A stretch of DNA of 32,000 nucleotides from an uncultured archaeon (GTDB lineage Archaea > Iainarchaeota > Iainarchaeia > Iainarchaeales > JAAZKV01). The position numbers and the translations under genes are program-made. The stretch spans positions 914,136 through 946,135 of the forward strand of contig CAZKBG010000001.1 in the NCBI GenBank assembly GCA_964551375.1, in the 5' to 3' direction. Within the stretch, counting starts at the first letter, position 1. Every line of letters starts with the position of its first letter. Below the pieces are notes generated by a model. That model saw only the letters and a list, made by a program, of their open reading frames with translations, was not told where the DNA came from and did no database searches. Shown here piece by piece: positions 1-8,370 of this stretch.

Positions 1-449
1 TTGAGGCAATTAAAGAAGCAAAAAAAGCTCTGCGAAAAAATCAAGGCGGACCGTTTGGCGCGGTAATTGTAAAAAAAGGGAAAATAATTGCACGCGGGCA
101 TAATATGGTGCTGTCCACAAACGACCCCACTGCGCACGCTGAAGTAGTTGCAATAAGAAGGGCTACAAAAAAACTCAAAAGATTTAATTTAAGCGACTGC
201 GAGTTATACTCTTCATGCGAACCGTGCCCGATGTGCCTTGCTGCAGCTGAGTGGGCAAAAATAAAAACGCTGTACTACGGATGCACAAGAAATGACGCTG
301 CGAAAATAGGGTTTGACGACAAAAAAATTTACGGCGATATTAAAGCGGCTCCAAAAAGCAGGCTCATTAAAGAAATACACGTGCATGAAGATGCTGAATT
401 TATTCCTTTTTTAGAATGGGAAAAAAAGAAAAACAAAAAACAGTACTAA
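1..449 (+). CDS. guaD: CDA-fold guanine deaminase (GuaD-like, cytidine/deoxycytidylate deaminase superfamily); 5' end cut by window edge
   Basis: Frame 3 is open from base 3 (EAIKEAKKALRKNQGGPFGAVIVKKGKIIARGHN precedes the tracked Met at 105). It has the zinc motifs HAE (DPTAHAEVVAIR) and PCxxC (SCEPCPMCLAA), a GFDD motif and a C-terminal KKQY tail, collinear with Bacillus subtilis GuaD as I recall it. A TadA-like tRNA deaminase is the alternative. Confidence 0.75.
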   Translation, partial: EAIKEAKKALRKNQGGPFGAVIVKKGKIIARGHNMVLSTNDPTAHAEVVAIRRATKKLKRFNLSDCELYSSCEPCPMCLAAAEWAKIKTLYYGCTRNDAAKIGFDDKKIYGDIKAAPKSRLIKEIHVHEDAEFIPFLEWEKKKNKKQY

Positions 450-474
450 AACGAAAAGTAATTTTGGTGATTTA

Positions 475-915
475 GTGGCGTTTGAGCACTTTGAACACAG
501 AGCAGATATTGGCGTGCGCGGAATTGGAAAAACAATTGAAGAAGCATTTGGCGAATGCGCAAAGGGAATGTATGAAATAATGGCTGATGTTAATTCAATT
601 GAGCCTAAAAAAGCGCATGTATTTACAGTTACTGCTTCTGATAAACAGGCGCTTCTTGTTGCATTTTTGAATGAGCTTTTATTTATCAAAGACAAAAAGA
701 AAATGATTTACTCAAAAATAAGAGTAAATATTTACACAATTTTAGATGATTCAAAAACAAGCGAAACTTGGGAACTAAAAGCAACTGTGTTTGGGGAAAA
801 AATTGACCAAAAGAAGCATAAAATAAAAGTTGACGCAAAAGCCGCAACTTACTCCGAGCTCAAAGTTGAAACGCAGGGAGACAATTGGATTGCGCAGTGC
901 ATAATTGATGTTTGA
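475..915 (+). CDS. Archease (RtcB activator/chaperone)
   Basis: N-terminal FEHFEHRADIGVRGIGKTIEEAF matches the archease signature (FEHTADIG..G). Length is 146 aa. GTG start lies 4 nt after GGTGA (466-470). It sits directly upstream of rtcB. Confidence 0.85.
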   Translation: MAFEHFEHRADIGVRGIGKTIEEAFGECAKGMYEIMADVNSIEPKKAHVFTVTASDKQALLVAFLNELLFIKDKKKMIYSKIRVNIYTILDDSKTSETWELKATVFGEKIDQKKHKIKVDAKAATYSELKVETQGDNWIAQCIIDV

Positions 916-969
916 TTAAATAAATTTTGAATAAAGCGTTAAGTAAATGTTATTTAATTTGTGATAAAT

Positions 970-2439
970 ATGGTAAATGTAAAAAAAGTCGCTCCGTTTT
1001 CTTTTGAAGTTGAAAAAGAAGGCGAAATGAGAATTCCTGCCAAAATTTATGCAAGCGATGAACAGGTTGAGGTGCTGAGAGCGGACCAAAATAAAAGGCC
1101 TGATTCAAATTCATTAAAACAACTTGCTGACACATGCACACTTGCTGGTTTAGTGGGAGTAGTTTCGCTGGCTGATATTCATGTAGGATACGGAACGCCA
1201 ATTGGGACAACCACTGCAAGCGATGTAAAAGAAGGGGTAATTACATTTGCCGCAACAGGATTTGACATAAACTGCGGAGTTCACTCAATTGTTGTTCCAT
1301 TAACTGCAAAAGAAGTCGGGGAGAAAAAGAAAGAACTTGCGGAGCAGTTATTCAAAGATGTTCCTGCGGGACTTGGAATACGCGGGAAATTAATTTTAAA
1401 GAAAACTGAAATGGATGAAGTTTTAGAAACAGGAGCGAAATTTGCGGTTAAGAAAGGATTTGGCTCAAAAAAAGATTTAAAATTTTTGGAAGAAGAAGGA
1501 TGCGTTAAAGGCGCTGACTTGAGTGCAGTGACTGACAAGGCAAAAGAAAGAGCGCTTGACCAGATTGGAACGCTTGGAAGCGGAAATCATTACTGTGAAG
1601 TTCAGGAGATTGAAAAAGTATTTGATGATAGTGCGGCGAAGGCATTCGGACTTAATGAAGGCGGAGTAATGGTAAGCATACACTGCGGTTCAAGAGCGCT
1701 TGGACACCAAATAGGAACTGATTATTTATCTATACTTGACAGCGCAGTAAAAAAATACAGCATTAAAATTCCGCAGAGGGATTTAGTATGCGCGCCGTTT
1801 AACAGCGAAGAAGGGCAGAAGTACTTTGGAGCAATAAATGCGGGAAGCAATGCTGCATTTATGAATAGATTTGTAATTGGAGCGCTTGTAAAAAGAAGTT
1901 TTGCAAAAGTATTTGAAATAAGCGAAGACGATTCAAAAACATTTTATGATGTGGGGCACAACACTGCCAAAATAGAAACTCATAATGTTGGACAATATTT
2001 AGATGGCGGGGGAAATAAAAAGCAAAAAGTCCTCATTCAGCGAAAAGGCTCCACAAGAGGATTTGGGCCTGGCAATTTGGCAGTTCCATTAAAGTACAGA
2101 AAAATCGGACAGCCTGTAATGGCCGGCGGTTCAATGGGGACTCATTCATTTATCTTAAAAGGGACTAATGCTGCAATGGACAAGACTTTTGGCTCAACCA
2201 TCCACGGGGCGGGGCGAAGCATGTCAAGAACTGCGGCTCTAGAAAAATGGTCTGGGGAAGATTTGCTTTTGGAACTTGCAAAAAAAGGAATTATTGTTAA
2301 AGCAAGGTCCACTAAAGGCTTGCCTGAAGAAGCTCCAAATGCGTACAAGGACATAAACTCGGTTGTTGAAGTAATGCACAAAACTAATATTTCAAAAAAA
2401 GTCGCAAGATTAAAACCAATGATTTGCATAAAAGGCTGA
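970..2439 (+). CDS. rtcB: RtcB 3'-phosphate/5'-hydroxyl RNA (tRNA-splicing) ligase
   Basis: RtcB motifs are present: DINCGV, GSGNHYCEVQ, HCGSRALGHQ, HGAGR. About 489 aa with no intein. I prefer ATG 970 (5 nt after TGTGA) to the tracked GTG 961. Confidence 0.92.
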   Translation: MVNVKKVAPFSFEVEKEGEMRIPAKIYASDEQVEVLRADQNKRPDSNSLKQLADTCTLAGLVGVVSLADIHVGYGTPIGTTTASDVKEGVITFAATGFDINCGVHSIVVPLTAKEVGEKKKELAEQLFKDVPAGLGIRGKLILKKTEMDEVLETGAKFAVKKGFGSKKDLKFLEEEGCVKGADLSAVTDKAKERALDQIGTLGSGNHYCEVQEIEKVFDDSAAKAFGLNEGGVMVSIHCGSRALGHQIGTDYLSILDSAVKKYSIKIPQRDLVCAPFNSEEGQKYFGAINAGSNAAFMNRFVIGALVKRSFAKVFEISEDDSKTFYDVGHNTAKIETHNVGQYLDGGGNKKQKVLIQRKGSTRGFGPGNLAVPLKYRKIGQPVMAGGSMGTHSFILKGTNAAMDKTFGSTIHGAGRSMSRTAALEKWSGEDLLLELAKKGIIVKARSTKGLPEEAPNAYKDINSVVEVMHKTNISKKVARLKPMICIKG

Positions 2440-2527
2440 TTTTATTTTTTTATTCTGATTTTTTAAGCCAAAATGCTTTTGCCGAAGCAAATAGATAACA
2501 ATTAAATATAAAAAACTGCTAATATTA

Positions 2528-3544
2528 ATGAGGGATGGGATGGAACTTGATTACGGCAAAATACTTGAATTTGGACTTTTTGGCTGGATGAAGCAGGAAG
2601 GAGTTTGGAAATACATCCTTGGGTATTTTATTTACTTAACAGCAGTGCTTGTGGCAACATCATATGTAATGTACTCAGTTCTAAAGCCGTTCATAACTTT
2701 TGAAGCGACTTCTAATCTTGCCGCGCTGAATTCAATTGTATATTTAGCTATTTTTTTATTAGTGCTAACAATAGTTTCACTCATAATTCAATCAGCATTT
2801 TCTTACCTTTTCATTGCAAAAGCATTGAATTCAAGAGGCAGAAAATTTGTTGAATTTGATTTATTGAGGTGGGCGAGATTTGTTGTTTTTGAAATCGCAA
2901 CATTCTTTTCAGTTCTATTTTCAATATTCAATCTAAAACTTCTTTTGGTTGGAATTGCATCAATAGTCTGCATTGGAATAGGGCTATTGAGCATATTTTT
3001 GTCATCATTTGGCGGGAATTACTCTCTGGGAGTAATAATATTTGCTCTATTTTTTATTCTTGGATTATTGCTTGGATTAGCATATCTTGCAATATTGATT
3101 TACAATGCAATAAAACTTTCAATGGGCGCGGTTTCGTTTGTTGAAAGCGAAAAAAACATAATGGATGCGTTAAAAGATTCGTGGGAAATGACTGCGGGAA
3201 GCACGCTAAACATTTTTATAGGGCTGTTTTTGATTGGGCTTATTGTTGGCATAATAGTGGGAATAGGGATGATTCCTTCAATGGCGTATAATTTTGCGAT
3301 AAGCTTTACAAATCCCGGGGCTGCCGGCGCAATTGGGTACATGATTGACCCGATTTATCTTTTGCTGTCAATTCCATATTTAGTGCTGCAGGCAGTTGGC
3401 TCAATAATGACTTACTTTGGGGCGATTGAAATTTATTCCCAGCTAAAAGGGGCAAATAAAGGGGCTAGCGCTGTATCTTTGGGCTCAAATGCCTCTAAAA
3501 CTATAGTTAAACGGAGCTTTGCAGGGAAAAAGAAACTAAAGTAA
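2528..3544 (+). CDS. Polytopic integral membrane protein, function unknown
   Basis: 338 aa with about 7-8 long hydrophobic segments (e.g. YILGYFIYLTAVLVATSYVMY, LAIFLLVLTIVSLIIQSAF, LLLVGIASIVCIGIGLLSIFL) and a basic C-terminal tail (KRSFAGKKKLK). I recognise no catalytic motif. ATG 2540 is an alternative start. Confidence 0.6.
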   Translation: MRDGMELDYGKILEFGLFGWMKQEGVWKYILGYFIYLTAVLVATSYVMYSVLKPFITFEATSNLAALNSIVYLAIFLLVLTIVSLIIQSAFSYLFIAKALNSRGRKFVEFDLLRWARFVVFEIATFFSVLFSIFNLKLLLVGIASIVCIGIGLLSIFLSSFGGNYSLGVIIFALFFILGLLLGLAYLAILIYNAIKLSMGAVSFVESEKNIMDALKDSWEMTAGSTLNIFIGLFLIGLIVGIIVGIGMIPSMAYNFAISFTNPGAAGAIGYMIDPIYLLLSIPYLVLQAVGSIMTYFGAIEIYSQLKGANKGASAVSLGSNASKTIVKRSFAGKKKLK

Positions 3545-3551
3545 TCTTAGT

Positions 3552-3581
3552 GTGCTCTTTGGCAAATAAAGCCAAAAGCAC
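3552..3581 (+). terminator. Imperfect hairpin just after the membrane-protein stop
   Basis: GTGCTCTTTGGC-AAATAAA-GCCAAAAGCAC: about 11 bp stem with one bulged C, immediately 3' of the stop at 3544. No long T-run follows. Confidence 0.3.
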
Positions 3582-3634
3582 TCATTTAACTTCTTCCAGT
3601 TAATAAGCGAAAAGTATATATATTCCTTTCTCGC

Positions 3635-3646
3635 AACATATATATT
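3635..3646 (+). promoter_or_regulatory. Candidate TATA box for the surface-protein gene
   Basis: AACATATATATT lies about 46 nt upstream of ATG 3692. A near-duplicate, AAAGTATATATATT, lies at 3611-3624. An AGGTGG SD-like motif at 3677-3682 sits between the box and the start. Confidence 0.35.
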
Positions 3647-3691
3647 GGCACGCCAATTTTTTAGATGCGCGCCATAAGGTGGGTTGGTTAA

Positions 3692-5632
3692 ATGAATAAA
3701 TTACTTGGGATAACACTGGTTGCTTTGGCATTTTTAATGCTGAGCATAAACGCATTTGCATGCAATATCTCATTAACAAACTTTTCAACAGAACTAAGGC
3801 CAGAAAACACTGACTCATACTACTCAAGCATCTCAACAGCAAAGAATAATGACATTGATATTAAACTTGAATTTGAAGTAGATTCACATTCAGGAACTGA
3901 CTGCCCGACAAACATCGGGGCGCAGGCAAAAATTTACAGATATAACTCAAACAACTCTACTTGGGAAAATTTTAGAACAACAAGCCTAAAAACACAGGAA
4001 CTTTCAAATGACTCGTACATTTTTGTATGGAGCAACGAATTCAATACAGGAAATAGCTCAACTTACACAAGATATAGAGTGGACGGATTAATATTCAACT
4101 CTTCAACACAGCTTGACAAAATGGAAGCATACGCTGATGTAATTGACAATTCATGCTCGGGGATTAGACTAACAACTTCAACACTAACTGTGGATGAAGG
4201 AAGAACAGGCTCAAAAGTATTCACAATTGAAAACAACACAGATTATGACTTCACAATAGACAACGCAAGAGCATACTTTTCAAATTCGCTAATTAGAAAC
4301 GGAAGAGTTGATTATGACTCAACAGTTCCAAGCAGATCAACAAGAAGCATAACTGTTTCAGTTGATGTGGGGACAGTTTCTTCAACTTCAACAACTACTG
4401 GAACGCTTGCGGTAAACGGAAGACTAAACTCAAATTCCTGCTCTGAATCAGATGTTGGAACAAGACTATTTGATATAACTGTGAGAGATACAGGGACAAA
4501 TACAACAACAGATTATTACGACGACTATTATTACAATTCAACAAGCTCGGACTGCGATGATATAAGACTTGAATCAAAAACAATTTATGCAGACGAATCA
4601 TCAAACGAGAAAGTAACATTTGCGCTGCAAAATTTATCAACAAAAAGATTTGAGATACTTGAAATATCAACAACATCAAACGGGCTGATAGCAGCTCCTT
4701 ATATGAACGACCAGTATATTTTCCCAGGACAAGTTGGAAATGTAATACTAAACTTAACAACACCAAACGTAACAAGCGAAAGAGCATACAATAATTATGT
4801 GAAAGTAAGAGGAAAATTCGCTGACGGAAGAACATGCGAATTTAGAGACATAAATTCAATATACACAGTAAATGTGCTAAATCAAAGCGACTATGTTGAA
4901 ACAGACTGCAGAGGACTAAACATCTCAGCCCCAAACGCATACAATATTGAAAACTTTGGCACAATGCAGTTCTCAATACAAAATATGACAAACAAAATTG
5001 CAACAATCTTTGTTGAAGGGACAGTGGATGCCACTCCAACAGTAATAACACTGCCAAGCGGCTCAACTATTGCAAGAGAATTAACAATCTCAATGAGCGC
5101 GCCAAGCGGACAATTAAATTTTAGGCCAATTGTTGACGGGTGCTCGCTTCCATCAAAATTTGTTGCACTGACAAACAGCGCTAAAGGGGAAGTAAAAAGC
5201 GTAAAAATGACTGCAACAACTGAATTTGACAAAAACAGCGGAAATACAATCCTTACAGTTGAACTAAACAATCCGACTTCAAAAGAATTTAACGGAACGC
5301 TTGAAATAAGCGCAGCAGGATTTAAGGACATAAAACAAAGCATCAGCCTTTCTCCTGGAGTAAATCATTCAACGCTTGTTCTTGAGCCGACAGGAACAGC
5401 CGCAAGCGGCAAAGGAAAAGCAACCTTTTACTTTGAAGGACAGAAAATTGAAACAGAATTTAATACAGGCCAAACAAACTCGCTTGCAGGATTATTTGCA
5501 TTCGGAGCAGGAAATATGACAATCGGAATAGTTCTAATAGTGATAATTGCGGTAATAGTATTAGTTGGAATTGTCTCAGGAAGAGGAAATATAAAAGTTG
5601 AAAGAGACAACAGCCAAAAATGGACAAAATAA
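3692..5632 (+). CDS. Secreted, C-terminally membrane-anchored surface protein, probably glycosylated (S-layer or adhesin candidate)
   Basis: N-terminal signal peptide MNKLLGITLVALAFLMLSINAFA|C. C-terminal TM helix MTIGIVLIVIIAVIVLVGIV followed by the basic SGRGNIKVERD. About 19 N-x-S/T sequons by manual count. Ser/Thr/Asn-rich. Eight Cys at regular intervals. Confidence 0.7.
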   Translation: MNKLLGITLVALAFLMLSINAFACNISLTNFSTELRPENTDSYYSSISTAKNNDIDIKLEFEVDSHSGTDCPTNIGAQAKIYRYNSNNSTWENFRTTSLKTQELSNDSYIFVWSNEFNTGNSSTYTRYRVDGLIFNSSTQLDKMEAYADVIDNSCSGIRLTTSTLTVDEGRTGSKVFTIENNTDYDFTIDNARAYFSNSLIRNGRVDYDSTVPSRSTRSITVSVDVGTVSSTSTTTGTLAVNGRLNSNSCSESDVGTRLFDITVRDTGTNTTTDYYDDYYYNSTSSDCDDIRLESKTIYADESSNEKVTFALQNLSTKRFEILEISTTSNGLIAAPYMNDQYIFPGQVGNVILNLTTPNVTSERAYNNYVKVRGKFADGRTCEFRDINSIYTVNVLNQSDYVETDCRGLNISAPNAYNIENFGTMQFSIQNMTNKIATIFVEGTVDATPTVITLPSGSTIARELTISMSAPSGQLNFRPIVDGCSLPSKFVALTNSAKGEVKSVKMTATTEFDKNSGNTILTVELNNPTSKEFNGTLEISAAGFKDIKQSISLSPGVNHSTLVLEPTGTAASGKGKATFYFEGQKIETEFNTGQTNSLAGLFAFGAGNMTIGIVLIVIIAVIVLVGIVSGRGNIKVERDNSQKWTK

Positions 5633-5779
5633 ATAAGCCATAAGCTCGGGCAAAACAAAGTTTTTACGACGCAAATTTGGCAAACCTTCACAGCAGGTTT
5701 ATAAAGGTTTAGCTGGGAAAATACATTATAGTTTGAGTACACTGCTCTATAAAAGTTGGTGAGCTTTTTTAGGGTAAAT

Positions 5780-5802
5780 ACCAAAAAACACTGTTTTTTG
5801 GT
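5780..5802 (+). promoter_or_regulatory. Perfect 10-bp hairpin in the long leader upstream of uL3
   Basis: ACCAAAAAAC-ACT-GTTTTTTGGT. A T6 run precedes it at 5765-5770 and it contains a T6 run itself. It lies about 90 nt upstream of the uL3 ATG. Confidence 0.35.
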
Positions 5803-5889
5803 TCAAAAATCTCCAAAAGAAAGAGGTTTTTGCCACAAGCGCTAGGTAGGCGCCCAGTTACTCTGACATAAAACGAAAAATGTGATATA

Positions 5890-6897
5890 ATGTCGGAATA
5901 CAACGCTCCAAGACGAGGATCATTGTCTTACTATCCAAGAGTAAGGTCAAAAAAAGAAACTCCAAGCCTAAAAGGTTATGGAACAGAAAACAAGCCTCTT
6001 AATTTTTTAGCTTATAAAGTTGGAATGGTGCAGGTAATGGGAAAAAACGTGCACAAAGCAAGCCCAACATTCAACCACGAAGTTGTGGCGCCAGCAACAG
6101 TAATCGAATGCCCTCCATTAAAAGTATTTGGAGTAAGAGCATATGCTAAAGCAGAAATCGGATACGCTGCATTAAGCGATGTAATTAGCGAACACGTTGA
6201 CAAAGAGTTAAAGAGAACTATTTTAAATTTTAAAGAAAAATCACAAGGCGCAGACAAGAAAGAAGCAAAGCCTGCAAAGAAGGATGATATTTACACAATG
6301 GCTGATTTTGAAAAAGAATTAGCTGACATAGAATACTTCACACTACTTGTTCACACACAGCCAAAATTCAAGAAAACTCCTGAAGTAAGCGAAGTTTTCC
6401 TTGGCGGAACAAAAGAACAGCAGTTGGCAGTTGCAAAAGAAAAATTAGGAAAAGAAGTAGCAATTGATGAAGTGTTCAAAGAAAATGAATTTTTAGACGT
6501 TAGGGCTGTAACCAAGGGAAAAGGATTCCAAGGCGCAGTAAAAAGATTTGGTGTAAGAACATTTAGACCAAAGCACAAAAAGCAGAGAGTTGTTGGATCA
6601 ATCGGACCATGGCACCCTGCGACAGTAATGTTCACAGTTGCAAGACCCGGACAAATGGGATACCACAATAGAACTGAATCAAACAAGAAGCTAATTAAAA
6701 TTTCTAAAACAGCAACAGACGTAAATCCAAAAGGCGGATTCAAAAATTACGGGCTTGTTGAAGCAAATTACGCATTAATCTTCGGATCAATTCCGGGGCC
6801 AGTAAAAAGATGCGTTGCATTAAGAAAATCACTAAGACCAGCACAGCAGAAGGGAGTTCAGCTTGCAGCGGTAGAAAAAATAATTGCGAACAATTAA
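5890..6897 (+). CDS. rpl3: 50S ribosomal protein uL3 (L3P)
   Basis: MSEYNAPRRGSLSYYPRVRS.. N-terminus, and ..GKGFQGAVKRFGV.. and ..GSIGPWHPATV..GQMGYHNRTE motifs typical of archaeal L3. First gene of the cluster. Confidence 0.95.
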   Translation: MSEYNAPRRGSLSYYPRVRSKKETPSLKGYGTENKPLNFLAYKVGMVQVMGKNVHKASPTFNHEVVAPATVIECPPLKVFGVRAYAKAEIGYAALSDVISEHVDKELKRTILNFKEKSQGADKKEAKPAKKDDIYTMADFEKELADIEYFTLLVHTQPKFKKTPEVSEVFLGGTKEQQLAVAKEKLGKEVAIDEVFKENEFLDVRAVTKGKGFQGAVKRFGVRTFRPKHKKQRVVGSIGPWHPATVMFTVARPGQMGYHNRTESNKKLIKISKTATDVNPKGGFKNYGLVEANYALIFGSIPGPVKRCVALRKSLRPAQQKGVQLAAVEKIIANN

Positions 6898-6924
6898 ATT
6901 TGATATTTGAAAGGTTGATTTTGG

Positions 6925-7884
6925 ATGAAAGCAAATATTATTGGAATTGACGGAACTAGCAAGGGAAGCATAGACTTGCCAAAAGTATTTGAAACAGAAT
7001 ACAAGCCAAGACTAATCAAAAGAGCAGCGCAGGCAATACAAACTGCAAAGAAACAGCCAAAGGGAGCAGATCCTAGAGCTGGAAAAAAGAACACATCTAC
7101 TTACATGGGTTATCGTGGAGTACCAGCTCCAAGAAGAACAATTAACGTTGAACACGCAAGACTTCCAAGACTAAAAAATAGAGGAGCTCTATTATACGGA
7201 AGAGTTGCCTGGGTTCCGCAGTCTGTTGGCGGAATAGCAGCGCACCCATTAAAAGCATGGGAAACAATAGAAGAAAGAATCAACAAAAAAGAAAAGAAAC
7301 AGGCACTAAAGAGCGCAATCGCAGCAACAACAATGAAAGAAATTGTTTCACAGAGATTTATAGTTGAGAAAGAACTCCCAATAGTTGCAGAAGACAAGCT
7401 TGAAGAAGTAGCAAAAACAAGCGAAGTACTTGAAGCATTAAACAAAATCGGCGTAGGAAAAGATCTTGAAAACGCGAGAGGAAAAATAAGACACAGAGCG
7501 GGAAGAGGAAAATCAAGAGGAAGAATCTGGAAAGAAAAGAAAAGTGTTTTAATTGTTGCAGGAAAAAATTCTCCTGTTTTAAAAGCATCAAGAAACTTGC
7601 CAGGCGTAGAAGCAGTAACAGCGCAGTCACTAAACGTTGACTTATTGGCTCCAGGCGCAGAAGCAGGAAGACTTGTTGTTTGGACAAAGAGCGCAATAGA
7701 AGAACTTGGAAAAGAAAAAGTTCACGAAATAAAGCAGGTAAGAGAAACTAAAGCTGAAAAGAAAGCAGCAGAAGCAAAGAAAGATGTTAAAGCTGAAGCT
7801 AAAGCTGATGCAAAGAAAGAAGCTAAAGTTGAAGCAAAGAAAGAAGCGGCAAAAGAAGTTAAGGCAAAGTCTGTGAAGAAGTAA
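6925..7884 (+). CDS. rpl4: 50S ribosomal protein uL4 (L4P/L1e) with Lys/Glu/Ala-rich C-terminal extension
   Basis: Position after uL3. The core (..GYRGVPAPRRTINVEHARLPRLKN.., ..RHRAGRGKSRGR..) is L4-like. The last ~55 aa are KAEKKAAEAKKDVKAEAKADAKKEAKVEAKKEAAKEVKAKSVKK. Confidence 0.9.
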   Translation: MKANIIGIDGTSKGSIDLPKVFETEYKPRLIKRAAQAIQTAKKQPKGADPRAGKKNTSTYMGYRGVPAPRRTINVEHARLPRLKNRGALLYGRVAWVPQSVGGIAAHPLKAWETIEERINKKEKKQALKSAIAATTMKEIVSQRFIVEKELPIVAEDKLEEVAKTSEVLEALNKIGVGKDLENARGKIRHRAGRGKSRGRIWKEKKSVLIVAGKNSPVLKASRNLPGVEAVTAQSLNVDLLAPGAEAGRLVVWTKSAIEELGKEKVHEIKQVRETKAEKKAAEAKKDVKAEAKADAKKEAKVEAKKEAAKEVKAKSVKK

Positions 7885-7905
7885 AATGATATTTAGTGAT
7901 GATTT

Positions 7906-8337
7906 ATGGTAAAATTGACTGACGCAGAAAAGAAACAGGCAGTTGTAGAAAAAACTCCTCACGAAGCGCATGAACACGAATCAAAGATTAGCGAAGCTAA
8001 GCCAAAAGAAGCTAAAGCTGAGAAGAAAGAAGCTAAGGCAAAGACTGAAGAAAAAGCATTAAAATCAACAGCAACACTTCACGATTTAGAAGTATTGCTT
8101 TACCCGTTAGTAACAGAAAAAGCAGTTAACATGATAGAAGCGGAAAACAAGATTACATTTGTAGTAAATGACAACACAAACAAAACAGAAATAAGAAAAG
8201 TATTGCAGGAAGCATACGGCGTGAAAGTTGAGAAGATTAATGTTGTTAGAGACATGAAAGGAAGAAAGAAAGCAATCATAAGACTTGACAAGAAATTCAA
8301 AGCAAGCGAACTTGCAACAAAGCTTGGAGTGCTGTAA
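7906..8337 (+). CDS. rpl23: 50S ribosomal protein uL23 with ~55-aa charged N-terminal extension
   Basis: C-terminal ~85 aa (LLYPLVTEKAVNMIEAENKITFVVNDNTNKTEIRKVLQEAYGVKVEKINV..) is canonical L23. The N-terminus is KEA-rich with HEAHEHE. Confidence 0.9.
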   Translation: MVKLTDAEKKQAVVEKTPHEAHEHESKISEAKPKEAKAEKKEAKAKTEEKALKSTATLHDLEVLLYPLVTEKAVNMIEAENKITFVVNDNTNKTEIRKVLQEAYGVKVEKINVVRDMKGRKKAIIRLDKKFKASELATKLGVL

Positions 8338-8370
8338 AATTTATAATTTAAATTTGAAAAGTGATAAAAA

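Noticed and set aside
1-449. Annotating the deaminase as tRNA adenosine deaminase TadA
   Set aside because: The GFDD motif and the C-terminal aromatic tail (..KKQY) match the GuaD-type guanine deaminase pattern better than TadA. The RNA-substrate idea is kept only as a low-interest hypothesis.
4395-5343. Three minus-strand ORFs (146, 74 and 150 aa) inside the surface-protein gene
   Set aside because: All lie inside the 646-aa plus-strand ORF, which has a coherent signal peptide, domain and anchor architecture. The antisense products are Leu/Phe-rich with no features.
7735-8070. Possibility that the periodic GAAGC(T/A)AA(A/G) repeats are a CRISPR array or satellite
   Set aside because: The repeats are short, imperfect, in-frame codon repeats (EAK/KEA) within r-protein ORFs. 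There is no repeat-spacer architecture anywhere in the window.
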